A stretch of DNA of 62,824 nt, counting the filler, from Choristocarpus tenellus KU-1152 (taxonomy: Eukaryota; Protista; Phaeophyceae), in assembly GCA_964200185.2 (NCBI GenBank). It is 8 parts of 8 records of this genome, joined end to end, with 100 filler letters (N's around TTAATTAATTAA, not from the genome) between each part and the next. Parts side by side here need not be neighbours in the genome. Positions count along the whole stretch, not along the records: positions 35,430 to 41,709 come from CAXNAD020008492.1; positions 41,810 to 59,687 come from CAXNAD020000615.1; 6 more parts are not named here. One strand, 5' to 3'. The notes under the pieces are model-generated. The model did not search any database, was not told where the DNA came from, and saw only the letters and a program-made list of their open reading frames with translations. This document shows positions 37,123 to 50,800 of this stretch, one piece after another. Made by a program: the position numbers and the translations under genes. How positions within the stretch are numbered: position 1 is the first letter of the stretch; every line of letters starts with the position of its first letter.

Positions 37123-37851
37123 AAATGGGGAATAGAGAATAGATGAATGGGAAACTAGGAATGAGCAAATAATAATAATAATCCAGAATTTGTGAGCAAT
37201 ACAAATAAAATCCAAATAATGTTAAGTCCAGAAGGAGGAATAGAAAGTCGAAATACTATAAATAATAATAAAATCTGCTGTGATCGAGAACAAAAAAAAA
37301 AATCAGGATTCGGTATGTTTGTAAGTACATTTGCCCACCAAAAAAGTTTTACTTTGCAATAATATCTGATCATTTTTGATATCTCAACTTTCGGGATCCA
37401 TTTGCGGTTTGCGGCAGGAATATTTTCATCAAATAATAGGAGTATATCTGTTACCCGCACGGTGCCAACTAATAATTCGGGAATTTCTTGTTAACTGCGG
37501 ACTACTTGGAAACATTAAAAATTGGGCTCATTATGATATTTCCCCGTAGAATATTTTTCCAGATATGTCATTGAAATACAAAAAAAAGGTATCATATTGG
37601 TGGAAACATTACAATAGCAATGACCGACGACATTATAATGTAAGAAAATCGCAACTATAACCTTACCACTAAGAGCCAAAATAAACAGGAGGTAATGACA
37701 TTTTGTCCGTTTTGAATGTTTACCCATTTTTTCAATATTTCGCGATTTACCCATATATTTCTATATAATATGGGTGAAGTAGTAAGTTCGACTTGAGATA
37801 TTAAATTCTCTATTGTTGAAGACTGTGACACAATCAAAAAAATCTCCTATA

Positions 37852-39466
37852 CAGTAAGGGTCCCACTTTAGTGCTGCCCGGAATAGTTCATGTCCCGCAA
37901 CAGTGCGGTTAAAATCGCTTGGCACGACTTCGGTCCCTCAATAGTGCGGTTACCGTACTATTGAGGGATGTACCCCCGATAGTGCGGTTAGGGGGTCATG
38001 ATAACCCTGAATAGTGCGGTCATCACACATTCTCTCTCTACACACCACACACACACAGAGAAAACATGTCATACTGTACTACAGCAGTACTACTGCTGTG
38101 CAGCAGTAGACGTGCACCATGCGATGCCCTGTGCTGCAGGTGAGCTATGCCTGTTTCCCGACATGACCCCAAAAGAACCTAACAGCCATGTATGCCAAGG
38201 AGGGTGTGGTGGTCGGCTTCACAGCACCTGTGGTGAAGTGGAGCCAGAGAGCAACAACGAATTACACTGCATCTGCCCCACATGCGTTGCTGCCAACCAG
38301 TCTGCCAACCAGTCCTCGCAAGCTGCCGCGGGCAAGCGCAAACTTGGTGCGGCATCTTCCTTAGGAGGGCCTGGAGCCGCCAAGAAAGCAGCATGCATGT
38401 CCTGCGGACGGCTGACTCTGGGGATCGACGGGGTGGAAGAGGGTACAGAGTATTTAAACAACATATACACGCAAGAGGTACCCGAAAACGTGTCCAACGA
38501 TGAAAAAGAGGGCGGGGAAGATGACTCCGGGAGACGCAAAGTTGAGGTTCCTCCGCCTTATTCAGAACTTTCTTCCCACTTCCATCACTTGGAGACCATC
38601 GCCAAGAAATATGGCATGCAGGAGGCCGCTTTCCACATAGAGAAGGCCAGGATGGCAATGATCAATGCACATGCCTCTAAGCCTGTACAACAGACAGACA
38701 TTAGAGCCTTTGCGAGCCCACCAGAGAGGGATATGTAGTGGAGAGCAGGGTGGTAGTGGTTCAGTGTCTTAATTCCAGCTGTAATTTGTCTTGATTTTCA
38801 GGTGTATCGCTGGTGGTCCTGTTCGGTTACGGTTTGGTGTAGAAGCGACAAGTAGGCTCAGGCACAGGCAGTCAGTCCTCCTGCTCTGCGCTCTGACGTG
38901 TGGTGAATTTTGAGTGCGGTGTGCGGTGATACGAGTACAGCATGAATGGATCGTCATCAGGGCTCTGAGCATAGCCGTACTCTGAAACGTATCATGTATT
39001 GCAATGATATGCGTGAGATACAACAACACTACAGCAGGACCATACTGCTGTTATTCCCTTTCTGGATACAGTACGTACTGTACAGTACTGCTGTACATTG
39101 CCCAGTACCGCAGTCTATGCGATATGACACAATGTGCATGGTACAGAATACGCTGCCACAAACACAACAGTTACAGCTTCATACAGCAGTACAGTACCCG
39201 ACACAAGGAGCCGCGACCGTCCTCTCATCACACTCCATATTATCCACGTTACCGCAAACATCGTTTTTGTGCGGTAGGTGTACTGCCGTACCAGGTATGT
39301 GTTTACGGTGTGTCATTACTCTGAAATACGCGCGTATGTATAGATGATTTCCTCGAATAGTACGGTCACCGCACTATTCAGGAACATTAACAAATAGTGC
39401 GTGGTCCCGCAATAGTGTGGCAAATGCTTCTTATCACTACACCGCACTAAAGTGGGACCCTTACTG
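37852..39466 (+). mobile_element. pogo/Tigger-like (Tc1/mariner superfamily) internally deleted element, 1615 bp
   Basis: Perfect 23-bp TIR CAGTAAGGGTCCCACTTTAGTGC, TA on both flanks, subterminal ATAGTGCGGT-like repeats at both ends. Confidence 0.93.
38124..38738 (+). CDS. 204-aa deletion derivative of a transposase: PHD-like C4HC3 finger, acidic linker, PIP-box-like C-terminus
   Basis: CAAGELC...HVCQGGCGGRLHSTC...CICPTC; KRK basic patch; ends QQTDIRAF; no recognisable HTH or DDE domain. Confidence 0.65.
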   Translation: MPCAAGELCLFPDMTPKEPNSHVCQGGCGGRLHSTCGEVEPESNNELHCICPTCVAANQSANQSSQAAAGKRKLGAASSLGGPGAAKKAACMSCGRLTLGIDGVEEGTEYLNNIYTQEVPENVSNDEKEGGEDDSGRRKVEVPPPYSELSSHFHHLETIAKKYGMQEAAFHIEKARMAMINAHASKPVQQTDIRAFASPPERDM

Positions 39467-40103
39467 TACATATTTTTATTACTATCCTCATTGACATTTT
39501 GTAGATGCGTCAGAGAAAATCAACAAAAACTATTCACATGTCAGAATAAAACCCTAAAAAAGCAATAGTTACAAATGTGAGAAACATCCATCTATTCAAT
39601 ATTTTTTTACTAATACTTATCCTACACCTCTCCCTTCCTGTACCTCTAACCTACCTTAGTCCTATGCTTCAGGGTGAGGGGCTAGGGAGGCATCCCACGA
39701 ATCTAACAAGCCCCTCCTTGCCCATCTCCCTGGTTTCTACAGCTTAAAGCGCATGACCCGTCTGGATAGAGCTGAGTTGTGACAGAAACTGTCGTAGACA
39801 GGATTTGACAGCCTCCTTCCTGCCATAACTTCCAGTCCCTCTCCCCCGTACCGTGTGCATAGCTAGCTCCTCCAGAAAATGTTCCGCTTGCTTGCCAAGG
39901 TGTCCAAAACCTTCCACCGCGAAAGTGTTGAGGTTGTAAATATTTGTTAAAAAGTCGCACTTTGCACATACGTGTCAACATCCTTAAAATGCGACTCTAA
40001 ATACCTCCAGCTTACTTCTCGGTATGACGCCAGGCCTTTTCCCCTAACAGTAAATTGTTACCCTTCCTGTTAGGCTTCCCTAGCCCGTCGCCCTGTAGTG
40101 TAG

Positions 40104-40378
40104 GTCTAAGCTAGGTTGGAGGCATAGCAGCAGTGTATACATTGTAATTATGAGCTTTTATGGGAGTGGTGTTGTGTAGCTAGTACTCAAATAGTAAATA
40201 TATTTTGGTACATAAGACACACTCTTTCGCACATAACACATGTCTAAGCTAGGTTGGAGGCATAGCAGCAGTGTATACATTGTAATTATGAGCTTTATGG
40301 GAGTGGTGTAGTACAGCTAGTACTCAAATAGTAAATATATTTTGGTACATAAGAGACACTCTTTCGCACATAACACAT
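40104..40378 (+). repeat. 138-bp tandem duplication
   Basis: GTCTAAGCTAGGTTGGAGGC...CACATAACACAT at 40104 and 40242, few differences. Confidence 0.95.
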
Positions 40379-41890
40379 GGAGTTATCACAAGATAAAACA
40401 AGCAACAGGTATCGTCATCATCACTGAGTGAGGTAGATACACAGTGTAAAACACTAACAGGGAGTGGACATAAGGACACCACACGGTGGCAGAATGGGCC
40501 TCATTTCAACAAGCTCCACACCAGCGACAAACAAAACCATGGATCAGAAACTTCCAATTTGTTCCCTCCCAGTCTACATAATTAGTTTTCTAAGAGGTAT
40601 CACTCTGATTTTCAATGACTCTATCTGGATTCAAAAGATTCTGCGCTAATATATTGTGCCTACTCTGAAATGACCCTAATAATAGTTGCCTTTTTTCATC
40701 ATACTTTGACTCGCATCTTGTACTCACACATGTAAAAGGTTGCCACATTGATTGGCGTAGAAAATTGGGCAAACCACCATCAGGTCATTCTTAGGCTTTT
40801 TTGCGACATAGATGTCAGGTGCCAGTACATTTTATGGGCGCACTCGCCAAAACAGCCAATCAGCATCTCCTAGCACCACCCTGTATTGCCTTTGGGACCA
40901 CTTACGGAAAGGTAATATTTAAAAAACTAGACGTGTCAAGTAAGACTATTTCTTGAGAACAGAAGGTGAGGTAGGCCCAAAGAAGGTTTTGCTACAAAGA
41001 TCAGCTCTTCTTAGTCGCTCAACAATACTTTGCAGCGACATGTGACCAGATCACTTTTGCGCTCTGGGTGGACTTTGTGTGATCCTATCAGTACCATCCT
41101 TCGTGGTTCATGTGCTAAAGTATCCCTGGTAGTAGTAATGATGTTGATGGTCACGAACATATCTGTCCTTCCTTGAACACGATTGATGCTACTCATCGCA
41201 TCGTCAACCAACAAAGAATCCGTGGATATGTCGGGTGTGTTACCACATCATTTCGGGACGATTATTCCCCAAAATGTACTATTATCTCCAAGTCGGCTTC
41301 TAAACCAGATTTTAAATCTCTCTTCAAATCTGTCAGTAATAGTATGATCCCTCATTTCATCTTCCATTTCCCAAAACAAAATCAAGAAGACAGTTGCCCC
41401 GCACTAGAAGAGCCGATAATGTTGTGTTCCCCAGAACATTCATATATTATCGTCCAGAACATTTTTTTTTACTGTACTCAATGTGTACTACTATGTAACA
41501 CTCATCATGATGCACCATATGATGGAGCAAACGTTAATTCAACCACCACAAAAGTCTGAGCTATACCTATCAAAGGATAACACAACTGCTACAACAGTAG
41601 CGGCAACTCCGCTCCTCTGGGTAACAGAAACAACCCAAAAAAAAAAAAACGTTTGCATCAACACTCTCCCCACAACCAAACCCCACACATCAGAACTCCT
41701 GTCACCTCGNNNNNNNNNNNNNNNNNNNNNNNNNNNNNNNNNNNNNNNNNNNNTTAATTAATTAANNNNNNNNNNNNNNNNNNNNNNNNNNNNNNNNNNN
41801 NNNNNNNNNTTGAAAAAAGGGGAAAAAAAAATGAGTGGGGGAAAAAAAAGTGAAAAGGCCCCCCCCCCCCCCCCCTCCCCTCTCCCTCAC

Positions 41891-44800
41891 ATGATTATGG
41901 GTTTCCCACCATTGTCTGGGGAACCATCAAAGCTAATGTGCAGTGAAGTCCTTGAGGCAGGTACGACCTCCACCCTGGACGGGGGCTGGGCAAGGGTACA
42001 AGGTACCTCAAACTCTGGAGAGGAGATTGCCCCATGCACACTGAATCCCTCAGTGTTGTACGAAAAAATACGTACATAATATGGCTGGCCCTTGGCTAAG
42101 CTGGTTATTGTGTACTCGCATGGAGTCAGTGCACACTGGGAGGCATTAGATACAATACGCTGGTGTGAGCCAAGTGTCCCGCCGTCTAGCCCTGAACTGA
42201 AATTGCCGTTGAGGTCCCACTCTATCTTGTACTTGGTAACAGTAGATCCTCCGTCTGCTGGTGGGGATGACCACAATACTCTATACAAGATCGGAGAGAG
42301 GATTCAAAGCACGTATGGTTGGCATATTGTGCACAGCACTACCATTGGGAAAGCAAGAATAACAGAAATAAACACGTACAAATATGATGCTGCATACATA
42401 AATTCAATAATATGATGGGACAAAACTGGTGACATATTGTTAACAGCAATTTCCACGCAAGACAGGTGCCTTATCGTGAGTAGTGATTACATACAAGAAG
42501 AATGACAAACCTGAGTGAGCTGGAAGTTACTGGGAATACCCTAACGTTTGTCGGGCTTGCAGGTACTTGGAGCGGGGATGCCAGATATGCAGGATTTGAT
42601 GCCTGTGGCAAGGGAAAAATGCCTTGAGGTGAGGGAGAGGAAATGCAGAATTTCATTCTTGATTGTGAGATGCCCTTACTTCCAGTCTGCACTGCATTGA
42701 AAGGTTGAGTTGATACAATGGTTGATGGAAACATCAGATAATCGAAATTCTTATTTTGCTGTAGAGTTGAAGAAACAACCAGAAAACTAGGAAAACTAGG
42801 AGAACTGGCCGTAGAAAACGGCACTGTTGCCCAAGTACATCTTGACAGAGTACGGAGTATGCTGTGGAGGCAAGTTTACATTGATAAGGGCTTTTGTCAT
42901 CGGTATTGTTGGGGATGAGGCAGTGAGTCCCTTGTAAATGCCTAAGTTATTCACCCAGATAATTTTTCCTCACCTGTGGGAGGCTTAGGCCGCGAGAGTT
43001 GTGGGCTGAAACACGAACATAGTAGGGTTCTCCTGTGACCAGGTCCCCAATAGTATACCCTAGGCTGGAATCATTAGCAACTGTTAAATTGGAGAGACTA
43101 TCCATACCCACAGCAGGTATATATGCTGACTGGAGACTAGAGGGACTCTTGCCTCGCACAGCAGAACCAAAATTTGATGTAAAATTGCCAGAGGATCCTC
43201 CATATTCCTGCAATCAGGGATAGCGAATAGGTTGGGGTAACCATAGTTCATATGCGATACATGTGACACTACCCGCAGTCATAACTGAAGCTGTCATTGG
43301 TGTAACACCTTTGACAGGAGGTTTCCTCACATGGGTCACTTTGACTAACACAACACAATTCTGTTAGCAATCAAAGCATGCCTTGATATTTCCTAGCTTC
43401 AAGTCCACTACAGCTTTTGACTCGAGGAGAACCAAACTATTACTCTGGGCTGGCCTTGTCTTGACAATTTGCATCAATAGCAACAGGCTCTATCCTTCAC
43501 TTTCTATCCTGGCCGCTGTTTCAAATGCAGAAACCGAAGAAGGGTATTTCACTTGTCCCACCTCTGCCAGTGTGATGGTGGCGTTTTTATCACCAATTGA
43601 TTCTATGAGGTAGTAGCCTCCATCTACACTGATGTATAGACCAGCAGAGAGTAATGATGACGCTCCAGAAAAAACCCCAAGCTCATAGCTTCCTCCCACA
43701 GCCGAAACTGTGACACGACCTTGGTGACCTGGAAGACCCGCAGTAATTTCGTAGCCCACCTATGGAGAATAGAATAAATGGGTTTGAAGATGTGAAACCA
43801 AGGTGACTGCTGGAGAAGCGACGCGAAAACTATTGGAGTTCAGTTCTAAAATACTTCGAACTACACCAACGTAGCCTGGTAAGGATTTCTTCTAGCACTA
43901 CCAGGGCAAAGGGTGAAATATTGAATCAGATGTATGCGTCTCTTTGTGACAACATCATCCTCTACACAGAAAAAAAACTTGTTCGAAATAGGAGAAATGA
44001 CTATAGCATACATACACAAGGCCCCCTAAGCTCAATTTTTTGCTGCACGAAACCACAAGAGCTCTTGGTTCAGGCTGGATCAGCAATGGTAGAGGTATAC
44101 ATCTGCAAACCGCTGATGCACTCACCTCTGCGGAAATGCTTCCCATTGTCCCAAATAGTCCATTGTACGACACGGATATGTGATTGGACGTGGCTGAAGG
44201 TTCAAGGTCATCCTGGAATGTGATAAACCAGTTATGCCCAGCCGCAGAGTTGTTTTGTCGCACCACCTGGGAGTGAAATCAAGGATGAAGTAAGAGATCA
44301 TTAGAACACACTTCAAGGATTAAGCGTAATGCAGTGTAAGATAATTTACTCTTGACAATAAAATTTATTGGACTATGGTGGTGACAAAGCGGGATCGCAT
44401 GGTAATAATACAGAGTCACTAGGTAGAGTGGGTTACTTTCATCAGCACCAACATATTCCTGAAATTTTCCTCCTTCACACAATTCCCTCTGTGGTCATGA
44501 TACTACTCCAAAAGCACTTCTGAATGGAATCCAAGTAAGTATCAAATGTAGGTATAGAAAATATGATAGGCTTGCCTTCAACAGTTCAAACAGTGATTGG
44601 ATATATAAATTGGTTTCATAGAGACTGTGGAGGGCGAGTACTTCCAAGCAATTGGCCAAAGGTGGAACAATGTGAAAAGTTATTGAAGGGGTATTCGGAA
44701 CCTATTATGTCACCTGTACATCTCTGATGCCAGTCAACCCCTCAAGGGCTGCCTCGACCTCGAGTTCTCCAGCTGAAGAATCAAGGTAGTCTGTTTCCTC

Positions 44801-47800
44801 TCCTCCAAAGGAAAGACGGAAGCCCCCATAGATGTAGTCACTCGAATTTGTGTCTGATGATGTTTGGACAACTTGAACCTCTTGGCGGGTTTCATCAGAA
44901 ACCATCCACCATTCCACAAGATACCTGCAAATGTTGAGCACTAAATTTTGGTGTCATCCCTTCAAGCTTCATTTCGTTTATTTCAACTTGGGATATATAC
45001 TCTAAGCAGCAGAGGACTGAGTGAGAGCTGACTTGAAGGCTTGAAGAGGGTATTTTAGACAACTTTCAAAAAAGTGGGTTGAAGACAAATTGATATTGCT
45101 ACCATCTTCGCTTTGCTGCCACTGAAATGCCTCAGAAAGGCATCAATTGCTGGCTAAACTTTCCCTCCTTGCTTTTCTGACATAAGGAAAAGAATGACAC
45201 AACTTTCACATGTACTAATATCTCAAAAAAATAAGAGTTCAAAACCTCCATCTTCCCACTTTCTCTCTCACCCTTCAATATCAGCTCCGTTGTCACTGCT
45301 TGGTGCAGCAAAGGAGACATGCAGGGATGTAGAGGAGTCTGCAACAGAGACAGTTTCCCCAGCCGGCACAGTGGCTATGACTACCCCTGTATAATGATCC
45401 AGGACTTCAGCAGCAGTCATGGGGGCAAGATATGCTGGACTGGTTGAGCGAGGCTCACCTTCCCCAACTGAGTTCACTGCTCGCACTCGGAAGTAGTATG
45501 GAGTGCCAGCCTGAAGAGTATGTGGGTAGTAGACTGGCTTGTTGTAAAGCACTTTGAAATGATATGGATGACATGGGCATTGAGTTGCGGAGAATAGAAG
45601 GTAGAATATGGACCTATGTGTAGGTCCCCAAATGGAATCCCACAATCAGTAACAAAGGACTACCTAATCAATATGTGCTGCACTCAGATGGGGTATTTTC
45701 CACGGCGATGGATTCCATCACCTAGACTACTACGATTATGATACGCTTGTACTTCTATGTCAAGGTCTACATTCCTCAGTGCAACGTGTCGTTTTCAAGG
45801 ACCAATGGACATTGAGTAAATATCAACATTGTGCTCCCACCTCTAAACCAGTGATATCATTCTCATATACAGTTCCAAGAGTGTCATTCCCAGCACGTCT
45901 TGAACTAGTGAAGTAGTTTAGAGAAGCACTGGTCCTTGCAGTACCCGACTCAGGGAATGAAGAATTGGTGGACCACTCAATTATAAAAGAAGAAACCTAT
46001 AAGACAAAGAATCGTCCATTTTGTCAGGATTTGGCATAACATAACATTTTGAGCCAAGGAAAAGATAATGTTTGATGATTCAAAGTATCCATCCTAGCTA
46101 GAGATGCTCTTGATTTCAATGGCAACAGACAATGTCAAGGTCCCTATAGATTACTACTTTGAAAAAAAAGAATGAACCACGACTCTCAATGACAAGTAGT
46201 TCCACAAGACATCAATTCATAGTCAGGTTGCTGCATCAAGTGCTAATTTCGAAAGGATAAAATAGATGAAGAGATTCAGTGAATTATGTGAGATACCCAT
46301 TTGATGAATGAGATGTCAAGTACTACCCAAGAGATATACAGAGTGTGAAGTGGGGTGCTCAAGTTCAATTGGGTTAGTAGTTGAACGAACAGTACACCAA
46401 ATACGTAGGACTTTCGATTCAGATCAGACTCATATGAAGACTCACCTTTGCAGCACGATCATGGCGTACATCAGTCCAGTATACCCTCAGGCCAGTAGGG
46501 TCATCCGCAATGAGGAATAGCTCGGCTGTCACAGGTGCAAGGGGCTCTGCTGCAGGCTGGTAGAGGACAAGGGCCATCACAAAGATTTAGTGAGGGAAAT
46601 GATTGGGGGTGCAGGTGTCAAGGTAGAAGAAAAAATCATAAGTGCCTCAGAAAACACCCCTATGTTCAAGGAATGCTCTTTAACTCTTTTCTTGTCCTTG
46701 TCTTACCTCAGTTCTTTCTTCCTCATGATTTCAATATATCCAAAATAAATGGAAACCAATAGTGCTTAGATTTGCACGAGAAGCACAAAAATTGCAAACT
46801 AGCATAACACAAGTACTGAGCCAGTAAGAATTCAACTTGCTGGCAGTCTTGTCAAACCCTGCCTCTTTAGAACTCTCATGTCCATGTTTGGTCCGGAAAC
46901 TGATAACCACACAATACAATATCTAACCTTGATGTTCCGAATTGGGGATGGTCGGCCAAACCCTGCCCCATTTGAGGCCATAACGCGGACATCAAAACCA
47001 GCAGCCTCATTGGACGACTGAGAGACCCCAGTGATAATGTACTGGAAAGGTTCAACTCCCACTGCAATATCCATGCTCACATCCTCAGAATGGGAAACGG
47101 ACGAATTTCCGGCCTGCAAGAGTGACAAACCCAGATCAAGAGTTGTTCAAAGCTGGAGATGAGGGTTCTATTCATATCACTGCTATAAACTGTGTTTCCA
47201 CAGGATTGCACGGGGAAAATAACAACACCTCACATTATATTTACCTGCGAATCGGCTGATCCTTGACAATACACCAAGGTCCCAACCCCTGCGGACACAG
47301 TTGTATTGGCCCCATCTGTGCATATGACATAAGCCACAGTTCCATTTGAAGATGTCAGAGAAGATGCATCCACAGTCACGGCACTGATATCCCCTGTCTC
47401 TCCCTGAAAATGTAGAGCAGTGGTTGGAATTTGGCAAACAGTGCACCATCTAAGACCATAGTGATAGTTGTCTCAATAGTGTGGGGTGCAACATGATACT
47501 CGAGGGAAAATATTCAGCATGCTGTTTCATTTTTCTAGATACATATGGGAGTTTTACTGTGGATACAGGAGAAATAGTAAAATTGGTATGTGGTATATAC
47601 ACAAAGATAGCTGCAAGTAGTCCACACTATTATTCCCATAACTGTGAGTCTTAGACATATGCATTTCCTTCTGTTACTGCAATTCTAATTTTGGCCACCT
47701 GATACAGATGCTTGCAGATTAAAATATGAGCAGCAATAGCAAAATGGATTTTGCTTGTAGTCCTCTTGCCTGAAACGTTATTGAATAGGAACGAGTCCCA

Positions 47801-50800
47801 TTTCCGTCTCTTGCATAGGAAACCTCCACCTCTCTTATGTCATATGTTTCTTCCAGGGCCAGCTCAAGAGAAGTGGCAGATAGGTCCCAGGGCAGGGAGC
47901 GAGGATAACGGTACCCCTGGGGTGATATTACGTAAAGTTCTCCTCCTGTTGTTGAAGGTGAGGGTGTGGTGGTAGGGTATATCAGTTTGGACACTGGATG
48001 ACAGTTATACATTGATTGTTAAGTCCTCTCAATGATGTTGAAAATTGATTCAGTTGTACTATCCACGACAGCACTGAAAGATAGCATTGCCCTAAATGAA
48101 CCCAACCTGTCCTATTGTCGCAACACTCTATTCGTACAGGGTGTAGCCTTAAATTATTATCAAGGTTTGTAAAATCATCATTGGAAGCATAGAAATAGTC
48201 GTCATTCCAATTCTTGTAAGAAGGGCTTCATATTGTTAGAGGACAGAAAATTTTGCTAGTGGCTCTACATTGTTGATTAGCCAAAATTGAATTCTTCTCC
48301 CCGTCTCAATGTAGACCTTGACACATTTAGACTTGGAAAAATTCCACTTTCCAACCTTCTTTCTTGTTAGAAACATTGGTATTGGAATGTAAATTATGAC
48401 TGCAAGTCACCAAAATGTATAAACAAGTAACAGCATAATCCTTGGATCTCCCCTTGCTCTCACCATCTACTGTAGCCCCAATCTTTATGGTTTGAACCTC
48501 CATTGTGCCGTACTCCCCCGACACGGCTGGCCACCATTCTATTGCATATACTTGGATGGCCTCTCCACCATCATTTCCTGGGGGTAAAAATGAAACTCTG
48601 ATCTTGTTCCATGCCTCCACGGAGAGTTCGACTTGTTCAGGCCTTGATGGCTTATGAGGCATTGGAACTACTTTAAAAGGAGAATCATCCACAGGATATG
48701 TCCCGTAGAAGAGCCTATTAGATGGTATCACCTGTGTTTGGTGTGTGTTAATGTAACATATGGTGTGAATGGCATATACAGTCGGTCGGAATGTAATAGT
48801 TTGCTTAAGAATGAGGCACAACAGTATGTAGCAGAACATGATTTGGAGCTGAATATGCCATTTCGCTTGGACTTCGTACATTCAAGGTGAAGGTAAGGGT
48901 GGGTTCTTTCCTTGGTGTGCGTGAGGACTATCATGAATCTAGTTGAAGAAATATTTTCAGATAGAAGGGCACTATCAAAATGTGCAAGTTGAAGGTAGCC
49001 CTAGAGCCCCAATAACAGGAGCACTAATATTTCCTACACCTATTTATAGCAAAATCAGTAGAAGCAGCTCACTTCCGATGGCTGGCTTGAGGACCGCCAG
49101 AGAAGGCGAGCAAGGGCAGCACCATAGTTCTCCCTGAACTCCACAGTAATAGAATATAGACGTTCCGCCACCAGTACCCCTGTGGATCCCTCAAATGATC
49201 CAAATCGGCCAATATCATCCTTGCCAAGATCCTATGGAGGTTCATGCATTTGAAGGGGAGAGAGTGGTGCAGGCATCAATAAGGTTTGCATTCCAATAAC
49301 AGGAATGTGTCGGTCCTTGTGAGAACATTCCTTGGTACTTCTTCACCTCCTCGAAGTTGTCAAAGAGGAGCTCGTCGCCAATCCAGAGTCGTCCTCCATC
49401 GTTAATCTCAAGGGTAAAAGTGTAGGACTCGGGGAAGGCTGGCTGTATGTACCCTGTCCACCTGAAAAATCAACACAATCTTATATTTTCCATATGCATA
49501 CTGGTAGTGTGTGAATAGGTGGGGTTATGTTCTACTCTACTTTTCTACTATATGTAGGATATTGCCAAGCCCTGGTGAGATATTGTTGTTCCCTCACCAT
49601 TGTTTCCCCATATCTTCAAGTGAACCCATCAAACCTGACAGAGATGTAGTCTTGACCAGTAGGCGTAAGAGTGTCAGAAGCCGACCAAGTAAAATCTATT
49701 ATGGGATCAACACGTTCCACAACTGGTTCACCCAGCATCCACCGGTTGTTAAAGTACTCTCCCCACAGTCCAAATCCTTTTGCTTCGGAGACCTAGGTTG
49801 TGGTCAATGCTGGCAGTGAGGATTTTTTTTTTCAACGTAGAGGATGTAGGGACCAGATTGCAATTGTATCTACTGAAAATAATGCAAATCAGCATTTAAT
49901 TTTCACAGTTCTAACAATTGACTGGTATGACTATTTCGAGCTAGATCCAACTTGGTTTCCAGATCCCCTCACCTCCATTTCGTACATTCCAACCCGTGGG
50001 GCCACATACATAGCAGAATATACCCCATCACCAGAATGCTGCACATCCCCTCTGCAATTAATGCCAGACACATTTGGGGGTTCAATTATGGACATGATAA
50101 GGTATTTGTTGAAGTAGAATACTACAGAACATGGCACAGTATAAGCTGAGACTTTGAAGTTTCAAGTTGGTCCCTGAACAAGGACCCAGCAGATTTATTG
50201 CTCCTGATCAGACTTAGGAAAATAAATAGAGAGTACAAACCCAGAGTGAGGATATCAATGTAACACAGTTATTATAGTCCTTTCACTCGATCGATTTAAT
50301 ATTTGCTAGGTGTAGTTGCTCGAAGGACTCCAGAGTGCAAACAGAGCAAAATGATTTGTGACATTTCACGGGGAAATGAATGTCAGCTTTCCACCATCCC
50401 CTTCGATGATGGACTCCATACGGTATCTAGACAGATCATGCAATAGGTAAATGTTCCAAATGTAATGTCTTGTGTTTCTCTGTAAATTGCTCTATTAGAA
50501 AGCACCTGCTTAATGTCTCTCCGTTGAGGCTCACAACATAGTTTGCTCCTAAACGCCCAGCAACCGAAATGGCCTTGCAGCTGGTGAAGGGGCTGCTACA
50601 GTTGGCCACCCCAGCAGAAGGACACTCATCAAACACCTGTAGAAGTGGAATTAATGTTTTTAGAGGGAGTGAGAGTTGCCCATAAAAACGTTCTGCAAAT
50701 GAGTCCTTAACTGAGGAAGGGAGGAAGTATGATTGTGGAGCGATCCCAGAGCTTCAAATCACACTGTGAAAAAACAGAGCACTGCTTGTGTTTTCTTTCC

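Larger units (their letters stand above)
36043..39714. mobile_element. Older element or inverted pair with ~230-bp imperfect inverted arms, hosting nested insertions
   Basis: 36043-36275 aligns to the reverse complement of 39470-39714 (GATTC.TGGGATGCCTC.CTAGC, TCACATTTGTAACT, TTTAGGG blocks). No TSD found. Confidence 0.65.

Noticed and set aside
40600-41400. Possible hAT transposase remnant on the minus strand
   Set aside because: Only a vague resemblance, with many stops; not supportable without an alignment.
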